Part shown: positions 8,483 to 13,925 of the stretch, one piece after another
Layout: each line of letters starts with the position of its first letter
Numbering within the stretch: position 1 is the first letter of the stretch
DNA from: an uncultured archaeon
GTDB lineage: Archaea > Asgardarchaeota > Lokiarchaeia > Sigyniarchaeales > Promethearchaeaceae
Direction of reading: 5' to 3'
Assembly (NCBI GenBank): GCA_964426185.1
Contig: CAYRPF010000036.1
Span: forward strand, 1-13,925
DNA length: 13,925 nt
The notes under the pieces: generated by a model
What the model saw: only the letters and a program-made list of their open reading frames with translations
What the model was told of the DNA's origin: nothing
The model's database searches: none
Program-made: the position numbers and the translations under genes

Positions 8483-10027
8483 TTATGATTCAACGGCAAG
8501 ATCTTCAATTTCATCGTATGTAATTGTACCACGCAGCAATCGGGAAGCAATTGAAACCAATTCTGCTTGAGAGATCCGCTTTTGAGACATATCCTCAATA
8601 CTGCGAATGGTTAAGGTATTATCATCTAAGGTTTGATGATCTATCGTAAAGGCATAACGAACACCCACTTCCTCAGTTCTACGGTATCTTTTCCCAATCG
8701 AACCTGTTTCGTCATAAATCGCACTGATATCATTATCAATCAATTGTTGATAAATTTCAAGGGCAACTTTGCTCAATTCTTCTGGTTTTTTCATCAAAGG
8801 AAATACGGCAAAAGGAATGGGTGTTATCTGAATCGGAAGATCTAACACATTACGCTCTTCTTCAAAGGAAAAGGCTTGTTCTAAGCAGAAAAAGAACAGA
8901 CGGCCCAAACCAAATGCAATTTCAAGAATGTGCGGAATGATTTTTTCACCCTTATTCGGTCCAGGCACTTGCAGTTGTTTCTTTTTTGAGAATTTAAAAT
9001 GGCGTCCCAAATCGTAATCCCCTCGATCATGAATTCCACAAACTTCAGTCCACCCATATATTTTAGAGTTGATTTCCAAATCCCACGCATCATGGGCGTA
9101 ATGCGCCTTTTCATCATTTTTATGTTGACGAAGTCGAATATTTTCTTCAGGGATCTCTAAACCTTTGACCATATCGTAAGCCAAATACAACAACCATGCG
9201 TAGGCGGGTTTTTGCAAGACTTTCTTATCAATTGCTTCTTGAAGTGAAAAAAATTCAACTTTATCGTTTCCTGCAATTTGTTGAGATGCGGACAATAGCG
9301 GAATTTTTTCCTCTTTGTATAATGAATGAAGTTTAAAATCCATTTCTTGTTCTGGTGTAATAAAAATTTGTCCTTCACATTGTTCAAATTCTCGGGTACG
9401 CAGAAGCATTTTTCGGGGGGAAATTTCATTGCGGAACGCGTATCCCATCTGGAAAACGAGAATAGGCAACTTGGTTCGAAAATACTGATATAAGCGGGGA
9501 AATAACAGATAAGTGGTTGTTGCGGTTTCTGGACGTAGGATGAATTCTTTAGCAGGAAATCCCAATTGGGAAGTTACCATAAGATTTTGTGTGGTTACTT
9601 TTCCCAGTTTTCCTTCACAGTCGGGACACACGATATTGTTTTCATCTATAATTTTCTGAAATCCTTCCAAGCTGAAATTTAAGAGGTTGTAACCTAATGA
9701 TTCTAAAAGAGTATCCGCACGATGCACGTGTTGGCATTTTGGATTACAACACTGGACAATATAATCGAAAAATCGTTCTGCATGGCCAGATGCCTTCCAA
9801 ATCATATCCGAGCCGATTAAAGGGCATTGAACTTCCCAGAATTGGAATTTACGAAATTTTTTCCGTATATAATTTTCCAAGTTTGTTTTCATCAATTTTC
9901 CTAAGGGTCCAAATTCGTAAGAGCCTTTTACGGGATTGTAAATTTCTGGTGATGGCCCCCAAATAAAGCCTCGATGGGACATAAGCATCAGAATTTTCGT
10001 TGCATCATCATCTAACTTTTCCGACAT
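8483..10027 (-). CDS. glyS: Glycine--tRNA ligase, archaeal/eukaryotic alpha2 type
   Basis: YEFGPLG, WKASGH, LRPETA, FRNEISPR..LLRTREFEQ, RLRQH..DEKAHYA, GWTEVCGIHDRGDYDL and anticodon-binding GSIGKRYRR. Cys-rich insertion CCNPKC...CPDC. AAGGAG upstream at 10039-10044. Confidence 0.93.
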   Translation of the reverse strand: MSEKLDDDATKILMLMSHRGFIWGPSPEIYNPVKGSYEFGPLGKLMKTNLENYIRKKFRKFQFWEVQCPLIGSDMIWKASGHAERFFDYIVQCCNPKCQHVHRADTLLESLGYNLLNFSLEGFQKIIDENNIVCPDCEGKLGKVTTQNLMVTSQLGFPAKEFILRPETATTTYLLFPRLYQYFRTKLPILVFQMGYAFRNEISPRKMLLRTREFEQCEGQIFITPEQEMDFKLHSLYKEEKIPLLSASQQIAGNDKVEFFSLQEAIDKKVLQKPAYAWLLYLAYDMVKGLEIPEENIRLRQHKNDEKAHYAHDAWDLEINSKIYGWTEVCGIHDRGDYDLGRHFKFSKKKQLQVPGPNKGEKIIPHILEIAFGLGRLFFFCLEQAFSFEEERNVLDLPIQITPIPFAVFPLMKKPEELSKVALEIYQQLIDNDISAIYDETGSIGKRYRRTEEVGVRYAFTIDHQTLDDNTLTIRSIEDMSQKRISQAELVSIASRLLRGTITYDEIEDLAVES

Positions 10028-10139
10028 CTATTTCTTTACTCCTTATGGCAATTTAGTGTTGCTTTTTTCTTTAACATTTCGTTGCTAATATTTTCGTGGA
10101 AAAATTAATCAATCTAATTATCAATACTATATTTGAAAC

Positions 10140-13121
10140 ATGGTTGAATTTGATGTAAATGAGAACCATTTCGAATACAAACCGAAATATCAAGTTTTTC
10201 ATAGCCTAATGAAGCATCGGATCAAAGAGATCTTGTTGGTTTCCAGTATTTATGATAATTTCATTTTGGAAGAAGATGGGCGCTTATCGGATCAAATTTA
10301 TGCTGAATTCCTGGATTTAAACCTCAGAACCCTCCCACATTTTACTAGAGTTTCATCCGCCCAAGAAGCATTTGATCTTTATAAAAAAAGAGAATTTGAT
10401 TTAGTTATAACCATGAGACGTTTGTATGATTCCGACCCATTTGAATTTGGACAGCAGATTAAAAAGATCCGAGACATTCCAGTAGTTTTATTGTTGACCA
10501 GTCTTTCAGAAATTAATTATTTGCCAGATTTTACCAAAAAGAGAGAAGGAATCGATTTAACCTTACTTTGGAATGGTGATAGTGCTATTTTCATATCGCT
10601 TACTAAGTTATTAGAAGATCGCCTAAATGTGGAAGAAGACACGAAAAACGGTTTAGTCAGGACCATTATTATTATCGAACATTCCATCCGGTTTTATTCC
10701 TTGTATTTACCTTTAATTTATGGAGAAATTATGCGTCAAGTACAATATCTTATTCAAGAAGGATTGAATGATTACTATCGATTACTCCAAATGAAAGCAC
10801 GTCCCAAAATTATTCTTACCCATACTTATGAAGAAGCCATGGAGTATTATAAGAAATATAAGGATTTCATTATTGGAATTATTTCTGAAGTAGAGTTTCC
10901 CCGAAATAACGTTATGGATAAAAACGCTGGAATTGATTTTCTTACAAAAATTCGGAAGGAGTCTCCCACTATCCCCGCAATTTTACAATCTAATAATTCT
11001 GAGTGCCGGAAAAAGGCTGAAGAAATACAAGCACATTTTATCCACAAGAAATCTAAATCACTTTTGAAAGATATTAGGGAGTTTATGCTACAATATATGG
11101 GGTTTGGAGATTTTATTTTTCGTTTAGAAAATGGAGAACAAGTTGGAAAAGCATCCAATTTGCATGAATTTAAGGAGGCAATTAGGCAAGTTCCCCTTGA
11201 ATCATTATATTATCATGCTTCTCACGATAATTTTTCTGGTTGGTTGATGGCGCGTGGCGAGTTTCACATGGCTTCTATTCTAAAATCCAAACATGTAAAT
11301 GATTTTGAATCTAAAGAGGCGATTCGTGATTTCTTACACGATTCGACCCAGTTTTTAATAGAACAGAAGAAAAGAATCGTAGTAGATTTTCGAAAAGATA
11401 GTTATCATCCTGATTCCAATTTTATTCGATTACGCCCTGGATCTTTAGGAGGAAAAGGTCGGGGTCTGGCATTTATGATGTTTCTGTTAGATCGATTCGA
11501 TTTTTCCCTTTATCGCCAAGTAGATATCACCATTCCGCAGACAATTGCTATTGGAACTGATGAATTTGATAATTTTATGGAACAAAATAATTTGCACCGA
11601 GTTTCCCAATCCCAAGATCTGGATGATCAAGAAATCTATAGGATTTTCAAGAAAGCTAAACTTTCTCATCAATTAAAAGAAGATTTGAAGTTTATTTTGA
11701 AAGATTGGCAAGGCTATCCGATTGCGGTTCGAAGTTCTTCAATTGTGGAAGATTCTCAATTTCAACCTTTTGCGGGAATTTTTGGCACTTACATGTTGTC
11801 CAATCAAGAAAAAAGTCTAAATGTGTGCTTGGAACGAGTTTGTGAAGCAATTAAGTTGGTATATGCTTCTACTTTTTCACAATCTGCCAAATCGATTCGA
11901 AAAGCAATGGGTTTGCGGATTGATGAAGTAAAAATGGGAGTATTGGTTCAAAAGGTAGTGGGGAAAAAGTACTCTGATGGAAAGTATTTTTATCCTAATT
12001 TTTCAGGAACAGCAAGCAGTTTTAACTATTATCCAATTGGAAAAATGAAATTTAGTGATGGAATCGCGTCTCTTGCATTAGGTTTGGGGCGAATTATCGT
12101 CAACGGAGGAAAAGTAAGAAGTTTTATCCCGACACATCCTAAGGTCAATTTCTTTTCAAGTGTGCAAGAAATTGTGAAAAACAGCCAAAATGAATTTTTT
12201 GCCATAGATTTAACCAGAAAAGTCAAACAAATAGCAGATGAAGAATCATATTTGGTTAAAATGAACATTTTAGAAGCTAAAGATGATGAGAATTTGGATT
12301 TGATTGCGGACACCTACAACCATGAGAATGATGTGATTCAGTCCGGTCTTTGGGAAAATAATCCAGGATTTCCCGTAATTACTTTCAATCGGCAGCTTTT
12401 ATTTGATAAAACTTTCCCTCTCCCTGAAATCCTGTTAGAAGTATTAAAATTGGGTGAAAAAACCATGGGTTCTCCCGTCGAGATTGAATTTGCTTGTAAT
12501 TTTCAAAAAAATCCTAACGAGAAGCATTCCATGAATCTGCTACAAATTAGGCCCAGTTTTGAGATACCCAATAATGAATTAGAAGAAATTGAATCTTTAG
12601 ATATAGGAGATGCATTGGCATATACTGATTACTTTTCTGGAAATAGCATTTTTAAAAATATTAGGAACATTGTGTATATCAAATCTTCATCATTTGATAA
12701 TCTTAAAACCCTTGAAATGGCAAATGAGATTGATTACTTTAACCGGAAATTGACTGAACTGAAACAACCTTATCTCTTAATTGTGTTTGGTCGGTTGGGA
12801 ACATTTGATAGATTTTTAGGAATTCCAGTTAAAGAGTATAATATTACTGGAGCAAAGGTTATTATTGAAACCGGAACGAAAGACTTTCAGATTGAGCCAA
12901 GTCAAGGAACCCATTTCTTTCAAAATATGATAAGTGCAAAAACAGGTTTTCTTTATATCAGAAATGGGGTAAAGAATGAGTTTCTTGATTGGGAATGGGT
13001 GAAGAATTGTCCAATTGCGGAAGAAAAACAATTCTTTGCACATGTTGAGTTATCATCTCCCCTATTTATTGTATTAGATGGTAAAAAGAAACTTGCTGTG
13101 GTGAAAAAGCAAAAAAATTAA
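10140..13121 (+). CDS. Receiver-domain-fused PEP synthase/PPDK-like ATP-grasp protein (REC-like x2, DUF5752-like, PPDK_N, putative His-swivel domain; no pyruvate-binding barrel)
   Basis: ATP-grasp motifs GSLGGKG (434-440), AVRSS..ED...FAG, MGVLVQKVV, LGLG..IV.G, EIEFA (781) and LQIRP (801-805). N-terminal CheY-like segments FDLVITM...IPVVLL and IISEVEFP...GIDFL..IR...PTIPAILQS. C-terminal PSQGTHFF with H925. Confidence 0.85.
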   Translation: MVEFDVNENHFEYKPKYQVFHSLMKHRIKEILLVSSIYDNFILEEDGRLSDQIYAEFLDLNLRTLPHFTRVSSAQEAFDLYKKREFDLVITMRRLYDSDPFEFGQQIKKIRDIPVVLLLTSLSEINYLPDFTKKREGIDLTLLWNGDSAIFISLTKLLEDRLNVEEDTKNGLVRTIIIIEHSIRFYSLYLPLIYGEIMRQVQYLIQEGLNDYYRLLQMKARPKIILTHTYEEAMEYYKKYKDFIIGIISEVEFPRNNVMDKNAGIDFLTKIRKESPTIPAILQSNNSECRKKAEEIQAHFIHKKSKSLLKDIREFMLQYMGFGDFIFRLENGEQVGKASNLHEFKEAIRQVPLESLYYHASHDNFSGWLMARGEFHMASILKSKHVNDFESKEAIRDFLHDSTQFLIEQKKRIVVDFRKDSYHPDSNFIRLRPGSLGGKGRGLAFMMFLLDRFDFSLYRQVDITIPQTIAIGTDEFDNFMEQNNLHRVSQSQDLDDQEIYRIFKKAKLSHQLKEDLKFILKDWQGYPIAVRSSSIVEDSQFQPFAGIFGTYMLSNQEKSLNVCLERVCEAIKLVYASTFSQSAKSIRKAMGLRIDEVKMGVLVQKVVGKKYSDGKYFYPNFSGTASSFNYYPIGKMKFSDGIASLALGLGRIIVNGGKVRSFIPTHPKVNFFSSVQEIVKNSQNEFFAIDLTRKVKQIADEESYLVKMNILEAKDDENLDLIADTYNHENDVIQSGLWENNPGFPVITFNRQLLFDKTFPLPEILLEVLKLGEKTMGSPVEIEFACNFQKNPNEKHSMNLLQIRPSFEIPNNELEEIESLDIGDALAYTDYFSGNSIFKNIRNIVYIKSSSFDNLKTLEMANEIDYFNRKLTELKQPYLLIVFGRLGTFDRFLGIPVKEYNITGAKVIIETGTKDFQIEPSQGTHFFQNMISAKTGFLYIRNGVKNEFLDWEWVKNCPIAEEKQFFAHVELSSPLFIVLDGKKKLAVVKKQKN

Positions 13122-13175
13122 ACAAAATATGTTATTTTCGAATATTATGCAATTTTTCTGCTCGGAATGTTCACT

Positions 13176-13640
13176 CTATTTAGGTTCTTTTTCTTCTTGA
13201 GGTTCAAGAAGACTGAGGATTAGATTAGTTCCGAAAATTATGGCTTCATCACATCTCTTCTTACGGTCTGATTCGCGTTCTTCTATTGTCTGATGATTTT
13301 CATCTCGAAATTCATTTGTCAAGCCATAACATGTGATTGAACTGAATTTATCATGGAATTTTTTTCTAAATTGCGCGCTTTTGTCGAAAATATTATCTTT
13401 ATCAAATCCTTGACTATGAAGAAGATAACTTAAAGCGGCTAAACAACCAGAAACAATACCACATACATCTCCTTCATCAAAACCTCCGCCAAAGGGATAA
13501 AACGAATGATAGCAGACCTGAGCTTGCGAATTAAATTGAAATCGTTCCAATATTCCGGCGGCACAAGATTGAGCGCAGTTGCTGTTGTTTGACCAATATT
13601 GAGCAACTTCTGGGATTAACTTATTTGTTTTCTCGTACAT
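13176..13640 (-). CDS. C_GCAxxG_C_C family putative redox-active protein
   Basis: NCAQSC, FGGG....DVCGIVSG, SITCYGL and KRCDE give the four-Cys pattern of the family. Confidence 0.88.
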   Translation of the reverse strand: MYEKTNKLIPEVAQYWSNNSNCAQSCAAGILERFQFNSQAQVCYHSFYPFGGGFDEGDVCGIVSGCLAALSYLLHSQGFDKDNIFDKSAQFRKKFHDKFSSITCYGLTNEFRDENHQTIEERESDRKKRCDEAIIFGTNLILSLLEPQEEKEPK

Positions 13641-13723
13641 TTTTAGAAGAGATAATTAATTATTCCTTAATTATTTTATTTAAAGATAATTATAACTATT
13701 CCGCACTCGCAGAAGTAAGATAT

Positions 13724-13800
13724 TGGTGGGAAAGGGATGATTCGAACACCCGACCACTTGACCCCCAGTCAAGTATCATACCAAGCTAGACCACTTTCCC
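13724..13800 (-). tRNA. tRNA-Pro(GGG), intron-less, CCA encoded
   Basis: Reverse complement is GGGAAAG TG GTCTAGCTTGGTATGAT A CTTGA CTGGGGG TCAAG TGGTC GGGTG TTCGAAT CATCC CTTTCCC A CCA. This gives a full cloverleaf with anticodon GGG, G1-C72, A73 and G15. Confidence 0.97.
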
Positions 13801-13925
13801 ATGAAAATTGAGTTCTATGTGGAATTAAGAAAAGAATTCTATTAAAATTTTTGATAAGCGTTATAGCTGTTGATAACCAATTTGCTTGTGTTGGTGAAAA
13901 TATTCTTTAGGAACTTATTTCATCA

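Noticed and set aside
449-13043. Short alternative-frame or antisense ORFs (449-637, 1062-1283, 3163-3408, 4929-5231, 5667-5906, 6538-6723, 6866-7069, 8633-8845, 8881-9117, 9157-9429, 9697-9966, 10847-11158, 11487-11672, 12029-12313, 12816-13043)
   Set aside because: All overlap well-supported genes, wholly or in large part, and show no recognisable motifs.
10140-13121. Canonical ppsA/ppdK
   Set aside because: It lacks the C-terminal PEP/pyruvate TIM barrel and the canonical GG.TSHAA motif, and carries receiver-like domains instead.
13589-13789. 66-aa plus-strand ORF
   Set aside because: It is antisense to tRNA-Pro and to the start of the C_GCAxxG_C_C gene, so it is a shadow ORF.
13724-13800. 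tRNA-Pro as integration site of a genomic island
   Set aside because: No duplicated tRNA 3' end and no integrase were seen, and the genes downstream include housekeeping glyS and rpl37e.

Overview
AT-rich archaeal chromosomal segment, by inference Asgard/Lokiarchaeia-like. The archaeal origin is shown by the Sm-rpl37e pair, an alpha2-type GlyRS and a G1-C72/A73 tRNA-Pro. Gene order: 5'-truncated, membrane-anchored FG-GAP/PQQ beta-propeller surface protein; Sm/Lsm protein plus rpl37e; ABC-2 exporter (permease and ATPase) divergent from an ArsR-like wHTH regulator; glutamate dehydrogenase; stand-alone 7TM protein preceded by a 70-bp tandem duplication of its own 5' end; glyS; a 993-aa protein with two receiver-like domains, a DUF5752-like domain, a PPDK/PEP-synthase ATP-grasp domain and a putative His-swivel domain but no pyruvate-binding barrel; a C_GCAxxG_C_C protein; and tRNA-Pro(GGG). 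The best candidate for an undescribed system is the receiver-fused dikinase-like protein, which may be a non-canonical signalling kinase linked to GDH. No mobile element or CRISPR array was seen.
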